DNA from: Xylophilus sp.
GTDB lineage: Bacteria; Pseudomonadota; Gammaproteobacteria; Burkholderiales; Burkholderiaceae_C
NCBI RefSeq assembly: GCF_009914555.1
Contig: NZ_WNDY01000014.1
DNA: 64,000 nt
Direction: 5' to 3' (one strand)
Positions 47,689-57,345 of the stretch are shown one piece after another. A program made the translations under genes and the position numbers. Each line of letters opens with the position of its first letter. The first letter of the stretch is position 1. A model generated the notes under the pieces. The model saw only the letters and a list, made by a program, of their open reading frames with translations. It was not told where the DNA came from and made no database searches.

Positions 47689-47738
47689 CGCCGCATTGTG
47701 CGGCGAAACGACGGCGGGGGTATAGATTTCTAGCGTGC

Positions 47739-49033
47739 TCAGGATATGCGCAAGGCAGGGGTAAGGCAGGGAGTATCCAAAGTGCCGGTCAGGTGCCGGG
47801 CGATCGCCGCCTTCAGCGGCGGCAGCCGGTCCGCGCCGCGCAGCACGGCCTGGCGCAGCAGGCGCGGCAGCGGCCGGGCATCGGTGAACAGGCCCACCAC
47901 GGCGTTGGTGCCCTGGTAGATCAGCCGGCTCGCGCGCTGGTGCTCGCGGTCGTAGGCGGCCAGCAGCGTGCCGGCGCCGATGTCCTGGCCGCGCCGGCGG
48001 GCCTGGGCGAGCAGGGCGGCCAGCGTTTGCACCCCGGCCAGCCCCAGGTTGAAGCCGTGGGCCGTGACCGGATGCATGCCGACCGCCGCGTCGCCCACCA
48101 GCGCCGCCCGGCAGGCCGCGAAGCGGTGCGCCCAGGTGGCGACGAGCGGGTAGGCGTGCCGCTCGCCCGCGAGCGCGAACGGGCCCAGCTGGTGCTGGAA
48201 TTCCCGTGCGATGAAGGCTGCATAGCCGGCCGGTGGCAGGCCGAGCAGATCGGCGGCCTCGGGCGTGTCGACCGTCAGCACGGCGGAGCTGGCATGGCTG
48301 CCGTCCGGGGAGGGCGGCAGCGGCAGCATGGCCAGCGTGCGGGCGTGGCCGAAGCATTCGTGCGCGATCGCTCCGTGCGGCAGCCGATGGTGCACCCGGG
48401 CGACGATCATCGTGCGGCCGAAGTCGCCCATCTCGGCGCCGATGCCGAGCTGCCGGCGCACGGCCGAAAAGCGCCTGTCGGCCGCGGCCAGCAGCCTCGC
48501 GCGCAGGCTAGGCAGCGCGCCGCGGTCGGCATCGAGCCGGGCGAGCGCATCGGTCGTTTGCGCCTGCACCGCGGGCGCTGCGTCGATCAGCCGCACGTTC
48601 GGCCTGGCCAGCGCGGCGGCCAGGCCGGCGCGCCGCAGCGCATGGTTGGGCACGATCCAGCCCAGCGCATCGCGGCCGGTGCGCGCGGCGTCCAGGCGCA
48701 GGCCCCTGTCGAGGTCGGCGCCGTCGTGCACCCGGGCCTCGCGCAGCAGGCCGATCTCGTGCGGATCAAGCCGGCCCCACCAGCCCAGGCGCCGCAGCAG
48801 CGCGACGCTCGGGGGGTCAGGGCGATCTCGCGGCCATCGGGTGCGGGGGCGGCCAGCGCCGCGCGGGGCTGGCGCTCCACCAGCGTGACATCCAGGCCGG
48901 CGTCGGCCGCGGCGGCCGCCAGGGCCAGGAGGCCGGCTGGTCCGGCGCCCACGATGGCGATGTCGGTGTCGGTGTCGGTGTCGAACGGGGAAGCAGGCAT
49001 GGTGGCAGAAACGGCAATCGGCGAAGGCGCCAT
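47739..49033 (-). pseudogene. UbiH/UbiF/VisC-family FAD-dependent monooxygenase, interrupted by a -1-nt frameshift in a G6 run (48811..48816)
   Basis: The N-terminal Rossmann part (DIAIVGAGPAGLLALAAAAADAGLDVTLVERQ...DGREIALTP) is in track ORF 48587..49033. The remainder (SVALLRRLGWWGRL...VGDAAVGMHPVTAHGFNLGL...) is in ORF 47739..49073. The junction CTGACCCCCCG|AGCGTC needs one extra base to read LTPRSVALL. Confidence 0.7.
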
Positions 49034-49098
49034 TGTGGCCAGCCGCCGGAGACCATCCTTTGCTGCCGGTCAATGCCGCCGACGGGATGGGGCGGGCG

Positions 49099-50330
49099 TC
49101 AGAAGAAGCGGCTGGCCGGCAAGGGGGTGTCGTGCACCGCGTACTGGCCGAGAGCGCGCGCCTTGTAGGCCGTGGGGTTGTCCGACACCAGGGTGCGCGC
49201 GTTGCGCCAGCGGCGGTCGAGGTTGTAGCGCCGCGTGGCGGCCGAGGCGCCGCCCACGTCGAACAGCTGGCTGCCGGCGCGCACCACGAGTTCGTCGATC
49301 ACCACCTTGGCCTGGGCCGTGGCGATCAAGCCCTGCAGCGCCAGCCCGGCGTCGAAGGCGCCGGGCTGGCGGGCGTCGTCGTCGGCGTCGAGCGCATCGG
49401 CCGCGGCCAGGGCGACCGTCTGCGCCGCGAAGGCGGCGGCCGAGATCTGGCCGATGGTCTGCTGCAGCAGCGGATCGTCGGCCGGCTTCGCGGCCGCGGC
49501 ATGGTTGAAGCTGCGCTCGCCGCGGCGCTGGACCAGCGCGACCGCCTCCTGCTCGATGCCGCCCAGGATGCCTGCGACCACGCTGGTCACGATCAGCTGG
49601 GCCAGCGTGCTGCTGTAGGGCAGGCCATAGGCCGTGCCGGCCGTGTCGAACTCGACCTCGTCTGCCGCCACGCGCACCTGATGGAGCCGGGTGGTGCCGC
49701 TGCCGGTCACGCGCTGGCCGATCCCGTCCCAGTCGTCCTCCAGCACCAGGCCTTCGCGGCCGACCGGCACGACGACGGAGGCAGCGGCGCCCTCGGCCGT
49801 CCCGGCGCGCACCAGCACGTAGTCGGCTAGAGGCTGCCGGTGCTGTAGTACTTGACGCCCTCGACCCGCCAGCCGCCCTGGCCGTTGGGCGTGAGCGGCG
49901 TGTCGAGCGCGCCGTTGCCGACGGCGCTGGTGGACAGCTCGCCCGAAGCCAGCCCGAAGATCGCGCCTGCGGCCACGGCGCGCACCCACGGATGGCCGGG
50001 CTGCGTGGCCGTCAGCGGCAGCACGAAGCGGTCGACGAAGGCGAAGTGGTTGCGCAGGATGTGGGCGACGTTCGGGTCGGCGGCGCCCAGGGCGATCACC
50101 GCGGCGATCAGCTGGCGCAGCGACGCGCCGGCCCCGCCGACGGCCACCAGCAGGCGCAGCGCGCCGAAACGCGCGCGGCGCAGCAGGCCGACCGCCTCGA
50201 ACGGGCGGACGCGCTCGGCGTCGCGCTGCGAGGCGCCTTCGGCGATGGCGGCGAACAGGGCGGCGAGTTTGGGACTGCCGGGCCGCACGTCGGCGGCGTC
50301 GGACGCGGGGGACACGGGAAGTGCACTCAT
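49099..50330 (-). pseudogene. Acyl-CoA dehydrogenase-fold oxidoreductase (SfnB/DszC-like), interrupted by a 1-nt deletion creating TAG at 49827..49829
   Basis: The N-part ends ...GWRVEGVKYYSTGSL* in ORF 49827..50414. The C-part starts ADYVLVRAGTAEG...DDWDGIGQRVTGSGTT... in ORF 49099..50526. AGCCTCTA-GCCGACTAC would read SLYADY with one added base. Confidence 0.65.
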
Positions 50331-50506
50331 GGGTGCGATGAGAAGAGGAGGGGATCGCCGCGCGGGCGCCCCAGCCAGTATGCGAACCCGCTTGCTCGCC
50401 GGCCGCATTTGCAAATGACCTCAGCGCGCCAGGTCTGCGCTCACATCCGCTGCGCGGACATGAACTCCGCCCCCAAGCCCCAGGATTCGCCGCGCGAATG
50501 CGGGGC

Positions 50507-51688
50507 CTACAGCCCGGCCGCTGCACGCAGCGCCGCGGCCTTGTCCGTCCGTTCCCAGGTGAATTCCGGCTCCTCGCGGCCGAAGTGCCCGTAGGCCGCC
50601 GTCTTCTGGTAGATCGGGCGCAGCAGGTCGAGCTGCTGGATGATGCCCTTGGGCCGCAGGTCGAAGTGCTCGGCCACCAGCGCGGCGATCTTCTCGTCGG
50701 GGATCACGCCGGTGCCTTCGGTGTAGACCGTCACGTTGATCGGCCGGGCCACGCCGATGGCGTAGCTGACCTGGATCTGCGCCTGGCGCGCGAGGCCGGC
50801 GGCCACGATGTTCTTGGCCACGTAGCGCGCCGCATAGGCGGCCGAGCGGTCGACCTTGCTCGGGTCCTTGCCGCTGAAGGCGCCGCCGCCGTGCGGGGCC
50901 GCGCCGCCGTAGGTGTCGACGATGATCTTGCGGCCCGTGAGGCCGGCGTCGCCCTGCGGCCCGCCGATGACGAAGCGGCCCGTGGGGTTGACCAGGTAGC
51001 GCGTGTTCACCAGCCACTCCTTGGGCAGCACCGGCTTGATGATCTCCTCGATCACCGCCTCGATGAAGCTGGGCTTGAGCTTGGTGGCGGTCTCGCTCTG
51101 GTCGGCACTGTGCTGTGTCGACAGCACCACGGTGTCGATCGAGTGCGGCCGGCCGTCCACGTAGCGCAGCGTGACCTGGCTCTTGGCGTCGGGGCGCAGG
51201 AAGGGCAGGCGGCCGTCCTTCCTCAGCTGGGCCTGGCGCTCCACCAGGCGATGGGCATAGTAAATCGGCGCGGGCATGAGTTCGGGCGTCTCGTCGATCG
51301 CGTAGCCGAACATCAGGCCCTGGTCGCCGGCGCCGGTGTTCAGGTGGTCGTCGCTGGCGCGGTCCACGCCCTGGGCGATGTCGTTGCTCTGCTTGTCGTA
51401 GGCCACAAGCACGGCGGCGGCCTTGTAGTCGATGCCGTAGTCGCTGTTGTCGTAGCCGATGCCCTTGATGGTGTCGCGCGCGACCTGGATGTAGTCGACG
51501 TGGGCGTTGGTGGTGATCTCGCCAGCCAGCACGACGAGGCCGGTGTTGGTCAGCGTTTCGGCGGCGACGCGGCTGTACGGATCCTGCTCGAAGATGGCAT
51601 CGAGGATCGCATCCGAGATCTGGTCGGCCACCTTGTCCGGGTGGCCCTCCGACACCGATTCGGACGTGAAGAGAAAGTCGTTCGCCAT
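50507..51688 (-). CDS. metK: S-adenosylmethionine synthetase
   Basis: 393 aa, [31 protein letters not shown]...[10 protein letters not shown]...[19 protein letters not shown]. Confidence 0.97.
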   Translation of the reverse strand: MANDFLFTSESVSEGHPDKVADQISDAILDAIFEQDPYSRVAAETLTNTGLVVLAGEITTNAHVDYIQVARDTIKGIGYDNSDYGIDYKAAAVLVAYDKQSNDIAQGVDRASDDHLNTGAGDQGLMFGYAIDETPELMPAPIYYAHRLVERQAQLRKDGRLPFLRPDAKSQVTLRYVDGRPHSIDTVVLSTQHSADQSETATKLKPSFIEAVIEEIIKPVLPKEWLVNTRYLVNPTGRFVIGGPQGDAGLTGRKIIVDTYGGAAPHGGGAFSGKDPSKVDRSAAYAARYVAKNIVAAGLARQAQIQVSYAIGVARPINVTVYTEGTGVIPDEKIAALVAEHFDLRPKGIIQQLDLLRPIYQKTAAYGHFGREEPEFTWERTDKAAALRAAAGL

Positions 51689-51838
51689 TTGAATAAACTC
51701 CTTGGGTTGCATGGCCTGGCGCGTTGCCGGGCCCCCGGGGGCTGGCGAACGCTTTAGCAGTCGTGTTTAACGTCGCCCTGCAAGTAGTCCAATAACTCGG
51801 CGACAGCCGCCATTCTAGCCATCCCCTCTTCTCCTCTC

Positions 51839-52660
51839 ATGCCGGCACTGTTTTGCCGCCTGCCGCTGTGGTTCGCCCATGCGGTGGGCGCGGTCCTCGG
51901 CTGGCTCGTCTTCCTGCTGTCGCCGACCTACCGGCGCCGCTTCATCGCCCATGCGCGGCTGGCGGGCTACCGCTTCGGCGCGGTGCGTGGCGCGGTCGCG
52001 CATGCCGGGTGCATGGTGACCGAGCTGCCGCGGCTGTGGTGGGGCGCGCCGGTGCGCTGCACCTGGGCGTCGATCGACGTGGTGCACCAGGCCTATGCGG
52101 CCGGCCGCGGCGTGGTCTACCTGACGCCGCACCTCGGCTGCTTCGAGGTGTCGCCGCAGGTGGCGGCGCGCGACTTCACTGCGGAGCACGGGCCGATCAC
52201 GGTGCTCTTCCGGCCGGCGCGCCAGCCCTGGCTGGCGGGGCTGATGGCGGATTCGCGCCGGCGCCCGGGACTGGAGACGGCGCCGACCACGCTGGCCGGC
52301 GTGCGCCAGATGATCCGAGCGCTGCGCCAGGGCCGGGCCGTGGGTCTGCTGCCCGACCAGGTGCCGCCCGAGGGGCAGGGCCTCTGGTCGCCGTTCTTCG
52401 GCAGGCCGGCCTACACCATGACGCTGGCCGCGCGCCTCGCGCAGCAGACCGGCGCGGCCGTGGTGCTGGTGCGTTGCGAGCGGCTCGCGCGCGGGCGCGG
52501 CTTCGTGCTGCATCCGCGCGGGCTGGCCGAGCCGCTGGCGGCCGACCTGGAGATGGCGGTGGGGCAGATCAACCGCGAGATGGAGCACCTGATCCGCGAG
52601 GCGCCGCAGCAGTACCTGTGGGGCTACAGCCGCTACAAGACCCCTCGGCGGGAAGTTTGA
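51839..52660 (+). CDS. Lipid A biosynthesis late acyltransferase (LpxL/HtrB family), copy 1
   Basis: 273 aa with the HLGCFE acyltransferase H-box, plus LLPDQVP and a C-terminal QYLWGYSRYK, typical of the LpxL/LpxM/LpxP family. Confidence 0.8.
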   Translation: MPALFCRLPLWFAHAVGAVLGWLVFLLSPTYRRRFIAHARLAGYRFGAVRGAVAHAGCMVTELPRLWWGAPVRCTWASIDVVHQAYAAGRGVVYLTPHLGCFEVSPQVAARDFTAEHGPITVLFRPARQPWLAGLMADSRRRPGLETAPTTLAGVRQMIRALRQGRAVGLLPDQVPPEGQGLWSPFFGRPAYTMTLAARLAQQTGAAVVLVRCERLARGRGFVLHPRGLAEPLAADLEMAVGQINREMEHLIREAPQQYLWGYSRYKTPRREV

Positions 52661-52682
52661 GAAGAAAGAAAGAAGGAACGAC

Positions 52683-53549
52683 GTGGGCGCATATCTGGGC
52701 ATTCTGTTTCTGCGCGCGATCGCGCCGTTGCCGCTCTCCTGGATCCGTGCACTGGGCTGGGTGCTCGGGCACGTCCTGGCCGTAGTGGCCAAGCCGCGCC
52801 GGCGCGTGGCCGAGCGCAACCTGGAGCTGTGCTTTCCGCAGTGGAGCGCCGCGCAGCGCCGCCGCGTGGCGCGCGAGTCCATCGTCTGCTTCGCCCAGGC
52901 CTGGCTGGACCGCAGTTGGCTCTGGCAGTCGCCGTGCGCGGTGCTGCAGCGCCGGCTGAAGCTGCACGGCGCGCTGCACGAGCTGGAAGGCACGACGCCG
53001 ACCATCATCTTCTGCCCGCACTTCTACGGCCTGGATGCCGGCGCGATGGCCATCGGCATGAACATCCAGCGCCTCTTCACCTCGATCTACACGCCGGTGC
53101 CCGACAAGCGCGTGGACCGCTGGATGACCGCGGGCCGCATCCGCTTCGGCGAGGTGCGCATGTTCAACCGCTTCGACGGCGTGAAGGCCAACCTCGCCGG
53201 CCTGCGCGCCGGCGGCATCCTGTACCTGCTGCCCGATATGAACTTCGGCCCGCAGGAGTCGGTCTTTGTGCCGTTCTACGGCGTGCAGGCTGCCACCGTG
53301 CCGTCGCTGCCGCGCTTTGCCCGGCTCGGCCGCGCCAAGGTCGTGCCGGTCATCCCGCGCATGACGCCCTGGGGCTACGACGTCGAGGTCTTCCCGGCCT
53401 GGGAGAACTATCCGACCGACGACGTGGTGGCCGACACGGCGCTGATGAACCGGCGCCTGCAGGGCTGGATCGACACCATGCCCGCGCAGTACTGGTGGGT
53501 GCACCGGCGCTTCAAGACGCGGCCCGCGGGCGAGCCGCCGGTCTACTGA
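52683..53549 (+). CDS. Lipid A biosynthesis late acyltransferase (LpxL/LpxM family), copy 2
   Basis: 288 aa from a GTG start. Contains RRVAERNLELCFP, CPHFYGLD (H-box), LLPDMNFG and a C-terminal QYWWVHRRFKTRP. Confidence 0.8.
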   Translation: MGAYLGILFLRAIAPLPLSWIRALGWVLGHVLAVVAKPRRRVAERNLELCFPQWSAAQRRRVARESIVCFAQAWLDRSWLWQSPCAVLQRRLKLHGALHELEGTTPTIIFCPHFYGLDAGAMAIGMNIQRLFTSIYTPVPDKRVDRWMTAGRIRFGEVRMFNRFDGVKANLAGLRAGGILYLLPDMNFGPQESVFVPFYGVQAATVPSLPRFARLGRAKVVPVIPRMTPWGYDVEVFPAWENYPTDDVVADTALMNRRLQGWIDTMPAQYWWVHRRFKTRPAGEPPVY

Positions 53550-53584
53550 GTGGGTATGTTCCTGTAGCGTTCGAAAGCCGGGCG

Positions 53585-54298
53585 CTATGGGCTGTCAGTA
53601 GGGGTAGTATCTGCCGCGGGATGCGTCCACTGCCACAGCAGCTGCGCCGCCTCGTCCACGCCCTGGCGCTTGAGGGCCGAGAACAGCCGGGCCTCGCCGC
53701 CGCCGGCCTGCAGGCGCGCGATCGACAGGGCCTTGGCCTGCTCGGCGCACGTGAGCTTGTCGGCCTTGGTCAGTAGCACCAGGAACTTCAGGCCCTCCTC
53801 CACGCGCGGGCGGATCACCTCGAGCAGCACCTCGTCGAGTTCGGTCAGGCCCAGGCGCGGATCGCACAGCAGCACCGCGCCGACGAGGTTCTCGCGCGTG
53901 ACGAGGTAGTTGGCCATCACGCGCTGCCAGCGGATCTTGTCCTGCTGGGGCACGGCGGCGTAGCCGTAGCCCGGCAGGTCGGCCAGCACCGCGTCCATCA
54001 CGTTGCCGCGGCCCAGCTGGAACAGGTTGATGTGCTGGGTGCGGCCCGGCTTCTTCGACGCGAAGGCCAGCTGCTTGTGCTGCGTGAGCGTGTTGATGCA
54101 GGTGGACTTGCCGGCGTTGGAGCGGCCGACGAAGGCGATCTCCGGCACGGCCAGCGCCGGCAGGTGGTGCAGCTGGGCGGCCGTGGTCAGGAAGCGGGCG
54201 GTGTGCATCCAGCCCATCGCCTCCTTCGCGGACACCGCGCCATCGGTGTGCGCGGCGAGTTTCGCGGGGTTCTGATCTGGGACAAAGGATGCGGTCAT
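53585..54298 (-). CDS. engB: Ribosome-biogenesis GTPase YihA/EngB
   Basis: 237 aa with G1 GRSNAGKST, G3 DLPGYGYA and G4 TKADK. Confidence 0.9.
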   Translation of the reverse strand: MTASFVPDQNPAKLAAHTDGAVSAKEAMGWMHTARFLTTAAQLHHLPALAVPEIAFVGRSNAGKSTCINTLTQHKQLAFASKKPGRTQHINLFQLGRGNVMDAVLADLPGYGYAAVPQQDKIRWQRVMANYLVTRENLVGAVLLCDPRLGLTELDEVLLEVIRPRVEEGLKFLVLLTKADKLTCAEQAKALSIARLQAGGGEARLFSALKRQGVDEAAQLLWQWTHPAADTTPTDSP

Positions 54299-54387
54299 GG
54301 CGTGCGGGGCAGGGTAAGCCGGGGCATGCGCCACGGGGGGTGCATTGTAGAATTTTGGCGGTCGCACCTAGAAACAAAACCCTCGAT

Positions 54388-55032
54388 ATGAAGCTGTTCG
54401 TCCCCTTGCTGACGGCCGTTTTGCTGTCATGGACCGCCCTGCATGCCGCCGCTGCGGACGACAAGCCGGCACCGGCCGCCAACAAGGCCGCCAAGCCGGA
54501 CCTGGTGCAAGGGGAAGCCAAGTACACCGCCGTGTGCGCCGCCTGCCACGGCGCCGACGGCAACTCCACCGTCCCCGCGCAGCCCCGGCTGTCGCAGCAG
54601 CACCCCGAGTACCTGGTCAAGCAGCTCGCCGAGTTCAAGTCGGGCAAGCGGGCCAACCCCATCATGCAGGGCTTCGCCGCCACGCTCTCCGACGACGACA
54701 TCCGCAACATCGCCTGGTGGGTGGCCGGCAAGCAGGCCAAGGCCGGCTTCGCCAAGGACAAGGCCCTGGTCGCCCTGGGCGAGCGCATCTACCGCGGCGG
54801 CGTGCCCGACCGCCAGATCGCCGCCTGCGCCGGCTGCCACAGCCCCAACGGCGCCGGCATCCCGGCGCAGTACCCGCGCCTGTCGGGCCAGCATGCCGAC
54901 TACACCGCGGCCCAGCTCGTGGCCTTCCGCGACGGCGTGCGCAAGAACAGCGTGCCGATGGCCGACGTGGCCGCCAAGCTCAACGACCGCGAGATCCGCG
55001 CCGTGGCCGACTACATCGCGGGCCTGCGTTGA
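54388..55032 (+). CDS. Dihaem cytochrome c4
   Basis: 214 aa with a signal peptide and two CxxCH motifs (CAACHG, CAGCHS), each followed by PRLSGQH/PRLSQQH and ...L..F..G.R patterns typical of cytochrome c4. Confidence 0.9.
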   Translation: MKLFVPLLTAVLLSWTALHAAAADDKPAPAANKAAKPDLVQGEAKYTAVCAACHGADGNSTVPAQPRLSQQHPEYLVKQLAEFKSGKRANPIMQGFAATLSDDDIRNIAWWVAGKQAKAGFAKDKALVALGERIYRGGVPDRQIAACAGCHSPNGAGIPAQYPRLSGQHADYTAAQLVAFRDGVRKNSVPMADVAAKLNDREIRAVADYIAGLR

Positions 55033-55103
55033 CATCGGTCAAGTAACATGCAGCGGCCCTGGCGGCTCCGCGGAACCGTCCGCCGATAATCCACCCCAAG
55101 ACA

Positions 55104-55151
55104 GGGCGGGTCCATCCACCGGTTCCGGCAGGATGGCCCGCCCTTCGTCTT
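55104..55151 (+). terminator. Rho-independent terminator after the cytochrome c4 gene
   Basis: GGGCGGGTCCATCC-N13-GGATGGCCCGCCC followed by TTCGTCTT. Confidence 0.6.
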
Positions 55152-55191
55152 GCCCGACCGCCGCCTTCGCCGTATTTCGCCGTCCCGACCG

Positions 55192-57345
55192 ATGACCGTC
55201 ACCACCCATGGCCTGCGCCTGCGCTCCGGCTCCCACCTGCTGCGGGCCGCGGTGGAACTGCTGTCGTCGATGCGCTTCGCGATCGCGCTGCTGACGGTCA
55301 TCTGCATCGCCTCGGTCATCGGCACCGTGCTGCAACAGCAGCAGCCGCTGCCCAACTACGTCAACCAGTTCGGCCCGTTCTGGGCCGAGGTCTTCGGCGC
55401 GCTGCGGCTGTATGCGGTCTACAGCGCCTGGTGGTTCCTGCTGATCCTGGCCTTCCTCGTCGTCAGCACGTCGCTGTGCATCGCGCGCACCACGCCGCGC
55501 ATCCTGCGGGAGCTGCGCACCGTCAAGGAGCACGTGCGCGAGCAGAGCCTGCGCGCCTTCGGCCAGCGCGCCGAGGCGCCGCTCGCGGGGGAGACGCCCG
55601 AGGCCGCGGCCCGCCGCATCGGCGGGCTGCTCGCGGGCGCGGGCTGGAAGGTCAAGCTCCAGCAGCGGCCCCGCGAAGGCGGCGCCGGCTGGATGGTGGC
55701 CGCGCGCGCCGGCGCCGCCAACAAGATCGGCTACATCGCCGCGCACGGCGCCATCGTGCTGATCTGCCTGGGCGGCCTGTTCGACGGCGACCTGATCGTG
55801 CGCGCGCAGATGTGGTGGCAGGGCAAGACCGCCTATGCCGGCGGCGGCCTGATCGCCGACGTGCCGCAGCAGCACCGCCTGTCGGTGCGCAACCCGACCT
55901 TCCGCGGCAACGTGCTGGTGGCCGAGGGCACGCAGTCCGGCACCGCCATCCTCAACCAGTCCGACGGCGTGGTGCTGCAGGACCTGCCGTTCGCAATCGA
56001 GCTCAGGAAGTTCATCGTCGACTACTACTCCACCGGCATGCCCAAGCTCTTCGCGAGCGAGATCGTGATCCACGACAAGGCCACCGGCGCGCAGGTGCCG
56101 GCGCGGGTCGAGGTGAACCATCCGGCCAGCTACAAGGGCATCGAGATCTACCAGTCCAGCTTCGACGACGGCGGCTCGCGCGTGAAGCTGCGCGCCGTGC
56201 CGATGGCCGCCGGCGTGCAGCCGTTCGAGGTCGAGGGCACCATCGGCGGCAGCACGCAGCTGCAGGGTAGCGGCGGCGAGCGGCTCACGCTCGAATACAC
56301 CGCGTTGCGCGTCATCAACGTCGAGAACATGGGCGGCGGCGAGGGCGCGGGCGTGGACGTGCGCAAGGTCGACCTGCGCCATGCGATCGAATCGCGCCTG
56401 GGCGCGGGCAACAAGACGGCGACCAAGCGCGAACTGCGCAACGTGGGCCCGAGCATCGGCTACAAGCTGCGCGACGCCGCGGGCCAAGCGCGCGAGTACC
56501 AGAACTACATGCTGCCGGTGGACACCGGCGACGGCCATCCGGTCTTCCTGCTCGGCGTGCGCGAAGACCCGTCGGCGCCGTTGCGCTTCCTGCGCCTGCC
56601 GGTGGACGACGAGGGCGGCATGCAGGGCTTCCTGCGGCTGCGCGCGGCGCTGGCCGAACCGGCGCTGCGGACCGAGGCGGTGCGCCGCTATGCGGCCCAT
56701 GCGATCGACCCCCACCGGCCCGACCTGGCCGCGCAGCTGGCGCAGTCGGCCGGTCGCGCACTGGCGCTGTTCGCTGGCGAGGGCGCGCGGCCGGATGCGC
56801 GGGGCCGTCGCCAGGGCGGCCTGCAGGCCATCTCCGACTTCATGGAAGCCAACGTCCCTCAGCCCGAACGCGCTCGCGCCGGCGAGGTGCTGGTGCGCAT
56901 CCTCAACGGCGCGCTGTGGGAGCTGGCGCAGCTCGCGCGCGAGCGCGCCGGGCTCCGGCCGCTGGAACCCGGCGAAACCGCCCAGGCCTTCATGACGCAG
57001 GCCGTGCTGTCGCTCTCCGACACCTTCGCCTACCCGGCGTCTGTGGCCTTCGAACTGACCGACTTCACCCAGGTGCAGGCCAGCGTGTTTCAGGTGGCCC
57101 GCGCGCCGGGCCGCAACATCGTCTACCTCGGCTGCGCCTTGCTAATCCTCGGCGTGTTCGCCATGCTCTACATCCGCGAGCGCCGGCTGTGGGTCTGGCT
57201 CGCGCCGCGGACCGATGGCAACGGCACCCAGGCGCTGATGGCCGGATCGGTTAACCGTCGCACACTCGACGCCGACCGCGAATTCGATAGCCTCGCGCAT
57301 AAACTGCTGGGTGTGCACGCGCCCCCTTCTGGAGCCGCTCCATGA
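55192..57345 (+). CDS. resB: Cytochrome c biogenesis protein ResB/Ccs1 (System II)
   Basis: About 717 aa, LLSSMRFAIALLTVICIASVIGTVLQQ...YSAWWFLLILAFLVVSTSLC, a large periplasmic domain and a C-terminal TM helix. Followed by ccsB with a 4-nt overlap. Confidence 0.85.
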   Translation: MTVTTHGLRLRSGSHLLRAAVELLSSMRFAIALLTVICIASVIGTVLQQQQPLPNYVNQFGPFWAEVFGALRLYAVYSAWWFLLILAFLVVSTSLCIARTTPRILRELRTVKEHVREQSLRAFGQRAEAPLAGETPEAAARRIGGLLAGAGWKVKLQQRPREGGAGWMVAARAGAANKIGYIAAHGAIVLICLGGLFDGDLIVRAQMWWQGKTAYAGGGLIADVPQQHRLSVRNPTFRGNVLVAEGTQSGTAILNQSDGVVLQDLPFAIELRKFIVDYYSTGMPKLFASEIVIHDKATGAQVPARVEVNHPASYKGIEIYQSSFDDGGSRVKLRAVPMAAGVQPFEVEGTIGGSTQLQGSGGERLTLEYTALRVINVENMGGGEGAGVDVRKVDLRHAIESRLGAGNKTATKRELRNVGPSIGYKLRDAAGQAREYQNYMLPVDTGDGHPVFLLGVREDPSAPLRFLRLPVDDEGGMQGFLRLRAALAEPALRTEAVRRYAAHAIDPHRPDLAAQLAQSAGRALALFAGEGARPDARGRRQGGLQAISDFMEANVPQPERARAGEVLVRILNGALWELAQLARERAGLRPLEPGETAQAFMTQAVLSLSDTFAYPASVAFELTDFTQVQASVFQVARAPGRNIVYLGCALLILGVFAMLYIRERRLWVWLAPRTDGNGTQALMAGSVNRRTLDADREFDSLAHKLLGVHAPPSGAAP

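Noticed and set aside
51689-51838. Possible SAM/SAH riboswitch or leader upstream of metK
   Set aside because: I could not recognise any conserved riboswitch core or a convincing terminator/antiterminator pair in the 150-bp divergent region. It cannot be supported without a covariance-model search (for example Rfam cmscan).
55082-55089. Perfect sigma-28 -10 octamer GCCGATAA upstream of resB, and another at 3950..3957
   Set aside because: Neither has a TAAAGTTT or TCAAG-like -35 at the required 11-nt spacing. My rough composition-based estimate is that about one chance occurrence of this octamer is expected in 64 kb on both strands. resB is not a flagellar gene.
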